Origin: a virus
Reading direction: 5' to 3' (one strand)
Virus record (IMG/VR): IMGVR_UViG_3300020021_000003
Location: 65,877-101,046 of that record
DNA length: 35,170 bases
Shown here piece after piece: positions 8,404 to 16,048 of this stretch. Under the pieces are notes generated by a model. It was not told the origin of the DNA. It saw only the letters and a program-made list of their open reading frames with translations, and did not search any database. Both the position numbers and the translations under genes were made by a program. How positions within the stretch are numbered: position 1 is the first letter of the stretch; each line of letters begins with the position of its first letter.

Positions 8404-8940
8404 TTAGTTGCGTAGCTTGCGGGGATCGATAAGTGAGGCTACTCTGTTCGCCTCTGCCTGCTGCTGTGCCATCTGCTGCATCTGCATAGCGCGCTGTTCC
8501 ATGGTAATCGTGGTGGCTACGGCAGTCTGCTGAACCTGGCAGCTCATCATGATGTTGGAACAACCACCGACAATATCGTCAAGGCTTGGATCACGAAGAG
8601 GAGTGTACTCTCTATCAGCATAGTCGTAAACAGTAGTCCATTGTCCGTCCAATCCTTGGACTACTAGGAATGCTGTAGTGACATCAGGCTCCAGTTGTGG
8701 AGTCTCCTTGCCACTGTCATTTTGGTTCCTTATGGTTTCGTGTAGTGCGTCGATTTTCTTATGGGTTTCAACATGCTGTGCATTGATCTTCTTGTTCTGC
8801 TTATTGAAAGCAGTAAAAGTTACCCATGTGGTTACTACGAGTGATGCTTCCAGATTCCCGAATACATTATGGAAATTGAATACAAGGATAAGTACTGTAA
8901 CTACAGCCATTAGTATATGTATATAGAAATCCAGTTTCAT
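8404..8940 (-). CDS. Membrane protein with two N-terminal TM segments, holin candidate
   Basis: Two hydrophobic stretches then a basic segment; immediately upstream of two endolysins. Confidence 0.5.
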   Translation of the reverse strand: MKLDFYIHILMAVVTVLILVFNFHNVFGNLEASLVVTTWVTFTAFNKQNKKINAQHVETHKKIDALHETIRNQNDSGKETPQLEPDVTTAFLVVQGLDGQWTTVYDYADREYTPLRDPSLDDIVGGCSNIMMSCQVQQTAVATTITMEQRAMQMQQMAQQQAEANRVASLIDPRKLRN

Positions 8941-8941
8941 A

Positions 8942-9502
8942 TTACTTCCCTACATGTGACTTTACACTTTGATGATACGGGCAGTATTCACAAATGAACG
9001 AACGCTTCACCTTTGTGTCGTCATACGTAGGAAGACCAGCAGCCTTGCGCTCTCGCGAGGTATTGGGCTTGATCTCCTTGGACACGTCGAGATAGTCATT
9101 GCACTTGGGCTGAGTGTTGGACTTGTATGCTGGCTGGTTGTGCCTGTTCCAGCACTCCAGTGCGTCAGCCTTCATCTGGTTCTGGACATCGTAGAAATCC
9201 TTGTCGAATCCTGTTCGCCCGTCTGACTCCAGGATCTTCTTAGTGATGTCCTTGCGGTACTCAGGGTCCTTCCAGTGGCGTGTAGGAACGAATCCTAACT
9301 TGCACCACTCAAGTACGTGTCTGTCCTCGAATGAAGGATGTCTGCGAAGGTGTGTCTCAAGGATATAGCCGATTCTAGGATCATTGTCCGCGTTGTCAGG
9401 ATCATAATCCGGAATCTCGTCAATAGTTTGGCAAGGGTGGCAAATGATAAGGCCAGTAAGGTGGACGTTCTTATCCTTATGCGGATCAAACGTATCAGCC
9501 AT
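8942..9502 (-). CDS. Hypothetical metal-binding protein
   Basis: CHPC, HLRRH, CWNRH, CEYCP motifs; GGAG RBS. Confidence 0.7.
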   Translation of the reverse strand: MADTFDPHKDKNVHLTGLIICHPCQTIDEIPDYDPDNADNDPRIGYILETHLRRHPSFEDRHVLEWCKLGFVPTRHWKDPEYRKDITKKILESDGRTGFDKDFYDVQNQMKADALECWNRHNQPAYKSNTQPKCNDYLDVSKEIKPNTSRERKAAGLPTYDDTKVKRSFICEYCPYHQSVKSHVGK

Positions 9503-9544
9503 TAAGTTCTCCAATTAGTAGTTCGTTCAACTTTTCCATGGTAA

Positions 9545-9591
9545 CAGAAAAAGCCTTACCTCTCAACCATTAAGGAAGAAAGGTAAGGCTT
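9545..9591 (-). terminator. Intrinsic terminator after rpf gene
   Basis: 11-bp arms 9551-9561/9581-9591 then T-rich tract on minus strand. Confidence 0.75.
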
Positions 9592-9596
9592 CTACT

Positions 9597-10253
9597 TTAG
9601 TACTTCAGGCAGCCGATAGGAACATAGATCTCATCACCAGGATGGATCAGCGCTGGATTGGTGATCCAGGAGTTCACTGGCAAGGAAAGGATGATCTGGT
9701 AGGTAGTACCATGCGTACGGGCGATGTTGTACAGGGTATCGCCAGGCTGGACAACGTACCAGATGTACAGACCCTCATAGCAGTACCCAATAGGTGCATT
9801 CGGGTCGGTAATCGGCGGAGCAGGTTCAACAGGGATATGAACCGCAGGAGCCTGTGTGACAGCCTTGGAGGTCTTTACTGGGGCTGGAGTACTGTGATGG
9901 ACTGTACGGCTCTTAGACGGGCTGTGAGGGGTCTTGGAGAGGCCATGAGAGCCACATCCCCAAGGGGACAGTCCACGATGTGAGTAGAGAGTCTCTGCAA
10001 CTGCGATCTGCTCTGACTTGGTTGCCCCGTTTGCATTGTAGGCGTACTTGCCTCCACCGTTGCTGATCCAAGTATTGTGGTCGAACTGTAGTCCACCATA
10101 ATAACCATTGCCTGTATTGATGTGCCAGTTGTTTGTGGATTCACACTGGGCGATAGCATTCCAGTTGACGGAAGCAGCATGAGCAGGAACAGCGAATCCG
10201 AGAATACTGACAACAGCGGCAGTTCCAAGTGCGATCTTGCTAATTGCGTTCAT
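9597..10253 (-). CDS. rpf: Secreted resuscitation-promoting factor (Rpf lytic transglycosylase) with LysM domain
   Basis: Signal peptide ending AHA; WNAIAQCES..NW.INTGNGYYGGLQF...TW...GG...EQIAVAE....G..PW.C; C-terminal YVVQPGDTL..IA...NPALIHPGD LysM. Confidence 0.95.
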   Translation of the reverse strand: MNAISKIALGTAAVVSILGFAVPAHAASVNWNAIAQCESTNNWHINTGNGYYGGLQFDHNTWISNGGGKYAYNANGATKSEQIAVAETLYSHRGLSPWGCGSHGLSKTPHSPSKSRTVHHSTPAPVKTSKAVTQAPAVHIPVEPAPPITDPNAPIGYCYEGLYIWYVVQPGDTLYNIARTHGTTYQIILSLPVNSWITNPALIHPGDEIYVPIGCLKY

Positions 10254-10757
10254 TTACTTCACCCATCCGAATGTAATGTAGGAGAATCCCCAGTTGTAGA
10301 ATGCATCATCGATCTTTACCTTGCCGTGCGTACTGTTGGCATCGATCATCTCGTTGTGCCCGATGTAGATACCGACGTGCTGAACACTACCATGGTTCCA
10401 GAAGAACAGGATATCCCCGACCTGAACCGTGTGGTGTGCCTTGGTTTGGTGCTTAGAGGAAGTCTGGTGCTTCTTTGAAAGGTACGACCACTCAGTGTTG
10501 GTAGTAGTATGCGTCTTTCCCATATCATGGCCGACAGCCTTGAATGCTGAGTAGATCAGACCGGAGCAATCGAAGTGGTTAGGACCCAAGCGACCTGAGC
10601 TCTCACTGTAGGGCTTACCCATATCGTGCTTCTCAATGTAGCTGACTGCCTTGGAACCCGCAACCGTTGTGGCACTTGCATTCGTAGCAAGACCCATAAC
10701 CGGAACAAGGGCAACAGCAGTGACAGCCAGGACGCGCTTAAGAGTATTACTAGACAT
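10254..10757 (-). CDS. Secreted NlpC/P60 cell-wall endopeptidase
   Basis: Signal peptide ending ASA; GKPY...GP..FDCSGL, GDILFF, HVGIYIG..MIDA. Confidence 0.92.
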   Translation of the reverse strand: MSSNTLKRVLAVTAVALVPVMGLATNASATTVAGSKAVSYIEKHDMGKPYSESSGRLGPNHFDCSGLIYSAFKAVGHDMGKTHTTTNTEWSYLSKKHQTSSKHQTKAHHTVQVGDILFFWNHGSVQHVGIYIGHNEMIDANSTHGKVKIDDAFYNWGFSYITFGWVK

Positions 10758-10770
10758 GATTATCCAAACA

Positions 10771-10839
10771 CTAGACAATAAGGACCGCTGCTACGTCCTG
10801 CGGAATGTCCGCGTTCTGTAACAACGGTCCTTAGTCTAG
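10771..10839 (-). ncRNA. Structured leader hairpin upstream of the nlpC/P60-rpf operon
   Basis: Minus-strand 15-bp stem with G-U pairs, 5x5 purine-rich internal loop (AGAAC/AGGAC), apical GCGGA-CAU-UCCGC. Confidence 0.5.
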
Positions 10840-10862
10840 GCCGTACTACGCTGTTCTGTCAA
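10833..10862 (-). promoter_or_regulatory. Promoter of nlpC/P60-rpf operon
   Basis: TTGACA (10857-10862) - 18 nt - TAGACT (10833-10838). Confidence 0.75.
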
Positions 10863-10906
10863 CTGCCTTGCTGCACCACGTTGGTGGGCATGTACTACCG
10901 TCCAGC

Positions 10907-11182
10907 CTACCAGGTCTTGCCGAAGACTGGTCCGTCTTCCTCTGTCTCAAATTTATTGTTGACAAAATCCCCAGTAGGAATTGTACGGTTAGTACCCGGA
11001 ACATTGACAACGCGAGGCTGTCCGAATCCGTAGTACGGTAGACTCAATGAGCGCTTCGCAGCATAGTTCTCTTCAGAGTCCAGTGAGCTACTGGAGTCAG
11101 GACGAAGCTGCTTTACCTGTCCATCCATGTACGCCCCACGGTTTAGGTCTGCATTCATGGATCTCAATTGTGGATAAGCCAT
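10907..11182 (-). CDS. Hypothetical protein
   Basis: AAGGAA RBS, in tight gene array. Confidence 0.7.
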   Translation of the reverse strand: MAYPQLRSMNADLNRGAYMDGQVKQLRPDSSSSLDSEENYAAKRSLSLPYYGFGQPRVVNVPGTNRTIPTGDFVNNKFETEEDGPVFGKTW

Positions 11183-11193
11183 ATCAATTTCCT

Positions 11194-11373
11194 TTACTGT
11201 GGCTTCTTAGGACGTCCTGCTTTGCCCTTGACAACGGCTACAGGCTTGATCATCTTGTACTTGGAGGCATCCGCCGACGCTACCTTCTTAGGTGCGCGGG
11301 CTACGTCTCCCCTACGTCTGTCGCTACTCTTTCGAGCAGTCGGTACAGATCTCGGTGCTTTCTTCTCTGCCAT
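11194..11373 (-). CDS. Small Lys/Arg-rich basic protein with AT-hook-like GRP motif
   Basis: GAGGAG RBS; C-terminal KAGRPKK. Confidence 0.65.
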   Translation of the reverse strand: MAEKKAPRSVPTARKSSDRRRGDVARAPKKVASADASKYKMIKPVAVVKGKAGRPKKPQ

Positions 11374-11384
11374 AGTAATCTCCT

Positions 11385-11717
11385 CTACCACTGGCCGGTA
11401 ATATTCGGATAAGAAGTTCCTTCGTAACCACCCTCAGTTCCGGAGAAGTTCCCGAACTGTGCGGAGAAGGAGTCATCTACAGTAATGATGTCCTCTATAC
11501 CTGGAGTATAGTCTCTGTACCCGAATCTGTCAGGTGTGCGGCCGATATTGGGGATAGGAGGCTTTCTGTTCGCCGCGTCAGAATAAGCATTTGCCACCAA
11601 CTGAGCAGATACAAGCTGCTCTGCAAATGACTGTACAGGCTTGGTGACGTTGTATATAGGATTCTCGTCACCCTGTTCCCTTTTAGTGGGATTGTAGTTC
11701 TGGTTCTGCTTGTCCAT
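11385..11717 (-). CDS. Hypothetical protein
   Basis: TAATG coupling with upstream gene. Confidence 0.7.
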   Translation of the reverse strand: MDKQNQNYNPTKREQGDENPIYNVTKPVQSFAEQLVSAQLVANAYSDAANRKPPIPNIGRTPDRFGYRDYTPGIEDIITVDDSFSAQFGNFSGTEGGYEGTSYPNITGQW

Positions 11718-12283
11718 TAAACTGATCTCCCACTTCCGGATGCTGACCAGCCAGGAAGGTTGGTTCGAGCTTGCCATTCCCTCATCTGCGGACTTATGTT
11801 GCCAGACATCTGTGGATCGTAGGCGATGTTCAGTTCCTTAGCCAGTTCCTTGGCCTTCTCATTGGTGATGTACTTTCCACCATGGGCTAGACGTTCCAGA
11901 GGATTTCCCTGTGCCGCGAATCTGTGCTTGTCTCCGTGGAGTCTGTTCTCCAGCGTTGTATAAGGAGTAAGGTCCTCAGGCCAGAAATAGTCCTGAACGC
12001 CGATTCTAGAGCCCTTGTGGACTCCTCTGGAGTAGCTTCTGGCATTGTTGCGGACAGTCTGAAGGAGCTTGTCCTGTCGTCTGTCGATAACAGAGCCGAG
12101 ATACCCGTCAGGGTATTGGGCTTCAGGTGTCTTACCTGTTGACGCAGCCAATCGGGCATCGAGAATGGAACGGAAACCTGTAAGGGCTTGTCCTCCACCA
12201 CCAGCGTACTGGGTAACAGATCCCTGCTGTCCGACAGGCGGCATGTACTGCGTATTGTTGAGTCCTGCTACTGAGCTAGGCAT
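11717..12283 (-). CDS. Hypothetical protein (possible virion-associated)
   Basis: GGAGG RBS; P.AQYPDGYLG...RGVHKG motif; function unknown. Confidence 0.75.
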   Translation of the reverse strand: MPSSVAGLNNTQYMPPVGQQGSVTQYAGGGGQALTGFRSILDARLAASTGKTPEAQYPDGYLGSVIDRRQDKLLQTVRNNARSYSRGVHKGSRIGVQDYFWPEDLTPYTTLENRLHGDKHRFAAQGNPLERLAHGGKYITNEKAKELAKELNIAYDPQMSGNISPQMREWQARTNLPGWSASGSGRSV

Positions 12284-12623
12284 CTTCCTCCTCTATTCCC
12301 AGCTTGGTCATGATCTTCTCCAGCATCTGCTCCGACTTTATATCGGCTTCTAGATCCTGGTCGAACTTGTCTCTGTCCAATTTAGCCTGTCTGTTCTGCG
12401 AGAACAGGATAATCGGTGCCGCATAAGAAGCCTGTAGAGACAGCAGTAGAGTCATGAAAATGAACGGATAATGGTCGAACTGCATTCCACTCGGTGCGAA
12501 GATGTTCCAGAGGAACCACATAACAATGAAAAATGTCATCCCACCGATGAACTTCAAAGACCCGAAGAATACAGCGAATCTATCAGCATAACTATTGATC
12601 TTGCTATCAGTGGGATCTTCCAT
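12276..12623 (-). CDS. DUF1003 family membrane protein
   Basis: ADRFAVFFGS..FI...W...FDHYPFI...LSLQASYAAPIILFSQNRQA..DR signature. Confidence 0.9.
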   Translation of the reverse strand: MEDPTDSKINSYADRFAVFFGSLKFIGGMTFFIVMWFLWNIFAPSGMQFDHYPFIFMTLLLSLQASYAAPIILFSQNRQAKLDRDKFDQDLEADIKSEQMLEKIMTKLGIEEEDA

Positions 12624-12943
12624 TAGTTCGATGCCTTCTTTGCTGCTAAGCGCCAGTTGTCTGTCCAGGACCCACGGGAAGGCATCATAACGACGCGTCG
12701 TGGGGTGTCTGTGGCACTGGCAGCGTTCTTCTCGTACAGGGTTGCTGTAGGGTGCAGAGTAGCTCCCATCTTGCCGTAGGCAGCGCTGCGGTTGCTCTTG
12801 GTGCCCAAGAAGCTGTCAGAGCTTCCCTTTCCGCCCTGTCCTCTTGGTCGGCTACGTCCACGCTCAGCCTTTCCAACGCAGGACAGTACTGCTGCGGAGG
12901 TTCCCATTGTTGGGAAGGAACCAGTGCCAATAGTATCTGTCAT
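12623..12943 (-). CDS. Hypothetical Gly/Ser/Arg-rich protein
   Basis: TAGGAG RBS before ATG at 12943. Confidence 0.7.
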   Translation of the reverse strand: MTDTIGTGSFPTMGTSAAVLSCVGKAERGRSRPRGQGGKGSSDSFLGTKSNRSAAYGKMGATLHPTATLYEKNAASATDTPRRVVMMPSRGSWTDNWRLAAKKASN

Positions 12944-12951
12944 ATTAACTC

Positions 12952-13479
12952 CTAAATAGTTATAGCAGCAGTATTGTGGCTGCCACAGTCTAAACATTGA
13001 TTTAAGATACCTTGGCCATGGCTTCCGGTTCTCAGTTGTAAATTTTCTATACGGTTGTCCAAGGTGTCGCCATTTATGTGATGTACCGTTTCTTGTGGAA
13101 ATGGTAGAAGGAATCTACCTATGTTACGTTCCATAACTAGTCTATGCTGTGCCACGTATCTAGCTCTGGTGGTTTTTCCCGCATATGTAGGATCTACTTT
13201 TTCAAGAATATATCCATTCTTTTCCTTAGTGAAACCTGGAGACTCTTTTCTTCCTCTAGGCTTAGCCGTTGGAATTACTGTAGGATCTCCATATTGTCTC
13301 TTACGAGAATGATGTAAAGAGCATAAATCCTTAATAAGGATAGGCTCTCTACATTCATCAATTGTACAAGTCCATCTATCAGGATCACTCTTCCATCGAA
13401 GAAAAAGATAGTGCTTCTGACAGTGATCTTTTCTAAAAAGTTTGTTAAAACAGTTGTCATAGCTACATGTATTAGTCAT
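12952..13479 (-). CDS. Free-standing HNH homing endonuclease with N-terminal Cys/His zinc-finger repeats
   Basis: HRLVME..IGR.L...ETVHHINGD..DNRIENLQL; two C-x4-C..C..H repeats; locally AT-rich. Confidence 0.9.
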   Translation of the reverse strand: MTNTCSYDNCFNKLFRKDHCQKHYLFLRWKSDPDRWTCTIDECREPILIKDLCSLHHSRKRQYGDPTVIPTAKPRGRKESPGFTKEKNGYILEKVDPTYAGKTTRARYVAQHRLVMERNIGRFLLPFPQETVHHINGDTLDNRIENLQLRTGSHGQGILNQCLDCGSHNTAAITI

Positions 13480-13487
13480 ATAGCTAT

Positions 13488-13540
13488 ACTATCGTAATGT
13501 TAGAAATGAACCGGTTCTGTTGATGTCATGTGTTCTCCTA
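13488..13540 (-). pseudogene. Decayed duplicate of the 5' end of gene 12623-12943
   Basis: TAGGAG-5nt-ATGACA then ACCGGTTCATTTCTAACATTACGA versus ACTGGTTCCTTCCCAACAATGGGA (17/24 identical); out of frame with its ATG. Confidence 0.55.
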
Positions 13541-13780
13541 GGAACGGTAGTATGCGTGAATGCGAGATGCTGACTGAGTGGATTCACTCTGCCCATTCGG
13601 ATTGCTGGCTATAGGAGACAGTACCGAACTGGGTTGGTAAGAAGTAGGAGCTACCTGCTGAACTGAATGGGTACTCCCTCCACCAGAGATGCCAGAAGAG
13701 AATTCGGCGGTTCTGGAAGAGGGAAGCTGCGAAGGTGAGGCTCCCATAGGCATACCGTTGTGGTAATCTGTTCCTGCCAT
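13538..13780 (-). CDS. Hypothetical Ser/Gly/Pro-rich protein
   Basis: AGGAG RBS. Confidence 0.7.
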   Translation of the reverse strand: MAGTDYHNGMPMGASPSQLPSSRTAEFSSGISGGGSTHSVQQVAPTSYQPSSVLSPIASNPNGQSESTQSASRIHAYYRS

Positions 13781-13794
13781 TGTATGCTCCTGGT

Positions 13795-14070
13795 CTACGT
13801 TACTATTACCTTGAAAATGAGAGCACTGATATCTCCATCTTCCATGGTTACCGTAGTAAATCCTGGACGGACAGAGAGAATGCTTCCTCTGGGACCAACA
13901 AAGGACTGTGCAATAGCTACAGCCTTCATAGTCTGATTAACTGCTGCCGCGCCGATTGCTCGGAGAGTGATCTCCTTGCCCTCATAGACGTTGTTGGCAA
14001 TCGCTGCTGCTAACTTTGCTGCGGAAGAGGATGACTTCACCTTGAGAAGTACCTCGTTGTTTTCTACCAT
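13795..14070 (-). CDS. spoVS: Stage V sporulation protein S family
   Basis: LKV.S.S....AAAIA......ITLRAIGAAAVNQ..KAVAIA..F....G..L...PGF..V......SA..F.V matches SpoVS over its full length. Confidence 0.9.
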   Translation of the reverse strand: MVENNEVLLKVKSSSSAAKLAAAIANNVYEGKEITLRAIGAAAVNQTMKAVAIAQSFVGPRGSILSVRPGFTTVTMEDGDISALIFKVIVT

Positions 14071-14096
14071 ATTTTTCTCCGTATTTGATTTGCCGA

Positions 14097-14139
14097 TAAA
14101 ATAAAACAGCCTTACCCCTCATTATAAGGGATAAGGCTG
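14097..14139 (-). terminator. Intrinsic terminator
   Basis: CAGCCTTA..CCC/GGG..TAAGGCTG stem followed by TTTTATTTT on minus strand. Confidence 0.75.
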
Positions 14140-14143
14140 CTGA

Positions 14144-14602
14144 CTACGCAGTATATAACATATGGGCTAATCCATAGGCATCTGCTAAGTTGTTATCGGT
14201 TATATCTGGTTCCCATTTCTGTACTGCGGCCACCATTTCTTCCTTGGAAGCTTTTCCACTTCCTGTGACGTACTGCTTGAGCGTTGTCGGTGGAATAGCG
14301 ATCGGGTCTTGGTATAAGACCAGTCGGGAGGTAAGTTTAACGACTCCTCCCAGTTCGCCAAGCTTCTCCCTATTAAGTCGTGCTCCATATGCGTAGCCTT
14401 CCATTGCTATGTGTATTTCGGCGCCGGAGGATTGATGCATAGTGAAGTACATGAGAAGGTCGTCATAGATCTTTACTAAGCGTTCCCCCTCTGTCTTGAA
14501 CTTGCTGAGTGGGTACTTCAGTAAAGATTTCTGATGGCAGTGACCTGTCTCGTCCAAAACCACTAGCCCAAATCCGCTATAGGACTGATCGATTCCGATC
14601 AT
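14144..14602 (-). CDS. ruvC: RuvC-like Holliday junction resolvase
   Basis: MIGIDQS..GFG, AMEGY, PTTLKQYVTGSGKASKEEM, DNNLADAYGLA. Confidence 0.88.
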   Translation of the reverse strand: MIGIDQSYSGFGLVVLDETGHCHQKSLLKYPLSKFKTEGERLVKIYDDLLMYFTMHQSSGAEIHIAMEGYAYGARLNREKLGELGGVVKLTSRLVLYQDPIAIPPTTLKQYVTGSGKASKEEMVAAVQKWEPDITDNNLADAYGLAHMLYTA

Positions 14603-14771
14603 CAATTTCTTTGGGCTCACCATCTTGCGGGATCGGGATGTCATTCTTGAGGATCTTCACCGTTTCTAGGTTTATCTTTGCATCTGCCTGAGTCTCAGGA
14701 GAATTGTGCTTGGCATAGTCTTGTGCAGCCTGTTCCAGTAATTCCTTTGCTGCCTCTGTCGGGTCGCTCAT
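14577..14771 (-). CDS. Hypothetical protein
   Basis: TAATG coupling. Confidence 0.55.
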   Translation of the reverse strand: MSDPTEAAKELLEQAAQDYAKHNSPETQADAKINLETVKILKNDIPIPQDGEPKEIDDRNRSVL

Positions 14772-14980
14772 TACTGCACCCATATTCCGTATCGGCTTGA
14801 ATAGACCTTCTCGTATGTCTTCTTGTCCACCATGACCATATAGGAATTACCACGGGGACGATTCGTGCTCTTAGGGTTCTGAGCGTCATACTCTATATCA
14901 AAAGCATACGCGTCTTCAGGAGAGCGGTGCAGAGAATGCCCTGCTGCCCAGTCCTGTCGCTGTACTCGCCAAGTACTCAC
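14771..14980 (-). CDS. Hypothetical protein
   Basis: Coupled start/stop, GAGGAG RBS. Confidence 0.65.
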   Translation of the reverse strand: MSTWRVQRQDWAAGHSLHRSPEDAYAFDIEYDAQNPKSTNRPRGNSYMVMVDKKTYEKVYSSRYGIWVQ

Positions 14981-15228
14981 TAGAACTCCTCATGCTCGCA
15001 ACAATTGCACTTACAGGGAATTTTCACACCGCAGTCACGGAACGCATCGAGAATACTGGGGTAGTCCATGAACAGCTCTACTGACTCATCCTCGGTATCC
15101 CAGTCACCATTCTGAAGCTGCCTGATCAGAACCGTAGCAAGTCTCTTCAGAGCTGGCCCGGTAACTCCATCGTGGATAGCCACTCTCATAGTCTCATCGA
15201 AAATAGGATTGGCACTATTCCAGCCCAT
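14980..15228 (-). CDS. Hypothetical protein (MGW.S..GDWDT motif, Cys-rich tail)
   Basis: GGGAG RBS. Confidence 0.7.
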   Translation of the reverse strand: MGWNSANPIFDETMRVAIHDGVTGPALKRLATVLIRQLQNGDWDTEDESVELFMDYPSILDAFRDCGVKIPCKCNCCEHEEF

Positions 15229-15345
15229 TTATTTTCTCCCTTTGTTGTAGAAATTCTTGCAGATCTGCGAGCAGAAAGGAAACCATTTGGGAACTGCTAG
15301 TTGGCCACAGGCACATATTCCAGGTACTCTGTGCGTTCCTGTCAC
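15229..15345 (-). CDS. 38-aa FCS-type zinc-finger peptide
   Basis: Hand translation MTGTHRVPGICACGQLAVPKWFPFCSQICKNFYNKGRK; fills gap exactly, GGAGG upstream. Confidence 0.55.
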   Translation of the reverse strand: MTGTHRVPGICACGQLAVPKWFPFCSQICKNFYNKGRK

Positions 15346-15728
15346 TCCCAGACCTCCTCGTAAGGTATACCAGCTTTCGCTGCCATATCGATAGTCATCT
15401 GTGTGCCTCTGTTCTTGGCTCCTTCTAAGAAGAACCCTAGCACCATGTCCGGCTTACTGTCAATCATCAGTTGGTTGCGGATAGCGAAGTCTCTAGGGTA
15501 AAGCACTGTACGCCCGTCTGAGGGCTTAGGAGGGAAGGGTACTACCTCCCAGCCACGACCATAACCATAGGCCGCACAGTAGGCGTCTACGCCTCCCTCA
15601 GGGCACTCTCCGTGCCATAGCTCAAGGTGCTTGTGAGGTCCGTCCGCATATTCTTCCAGGTACGGAAAAATGACCTGCATTTTCGATGCAGGCCACTCTC
15701 TTGATCCCGTAACCAATAGCTTGGTCAC
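15342..15728 (-). CDS. SLOG superfamily protein (DUF2493/YspA-like)
   Basis: LLVTGSREW, HG.C..GVD, RNQLMID, RGT..TI..A.KAGIP. Confidence 0.8.
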   Translation of the reverse strand: MTKLLVTGSREWPASKMQVIFPYLEEYADGPHKHLELWHGECPEGGVDAYCAAYGYGRGWEVVPFPPKPSDGRTVLYPRDFAIRNQLMIDSKPDMVLGFFLEGAKNRGTQMTIDMAAKAGIPYEEVWE

Positions 15729-15892
15729 TTCTTTTTCTTGTGCCTTCCCTTTTCCTTGGTGATCTTTCCACCAGCACTGTCAATGAGCCGAATATCCAGC
15801 TCTAACTGGATCTCCTTGTCATTGGGAACCCTTCCCATACGGTACTCCAGCTCCTGCTTGACAATTTCCCAGTCCTTGTCGCCCTTACTCAT
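15725..15892 (-). CDS. 55-aa hypothetical protein
   Basis: Hand translation MSKGDKDWEIVKQELEYR...; overlaps neighbours' start/stop. Confidence 0.55.
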   Translation of the reverse strand: MSKGDKDWEIVKQELEYRMGRVPNDKEIQLELDIRLIDSAGGKITKEKGRHKKKK

Positions 15893-16046
15893 TTATATCA
15901 CCCTTCTTGTATTTCTTTACTTCTTCTCTTTCGTGCTTCCTACAGAGATAGTGACCCTTTGAGCCCTTGTATACAAACCAGGTAACAAGGGTCACTCTCT
16001 TCTGTCCTCCGCAGATAATACACTTGTCTTTTTCATGACTGCCCAT
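15885..16046 (-). CDS. 53-aa zinc-finger protein
   Basis: Hand translation with CIIC...LCRKH. Confidence 0.55.
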   Translation of the reverse strand: MGSHEKDKCIICGGQKRVTLVTWFVYKGSKGHYLCRKHEREEVKKYKKGDINE

Positions 16047-16048
16047 AA

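Noticed and set aside
10758-10906. c-di-AMP (ydaO) riboswitch upstream of the rpf operon
   Set aside because: The leader downstream of the promoter is only about 70 nt and lacks the multi-stem layout of that class.
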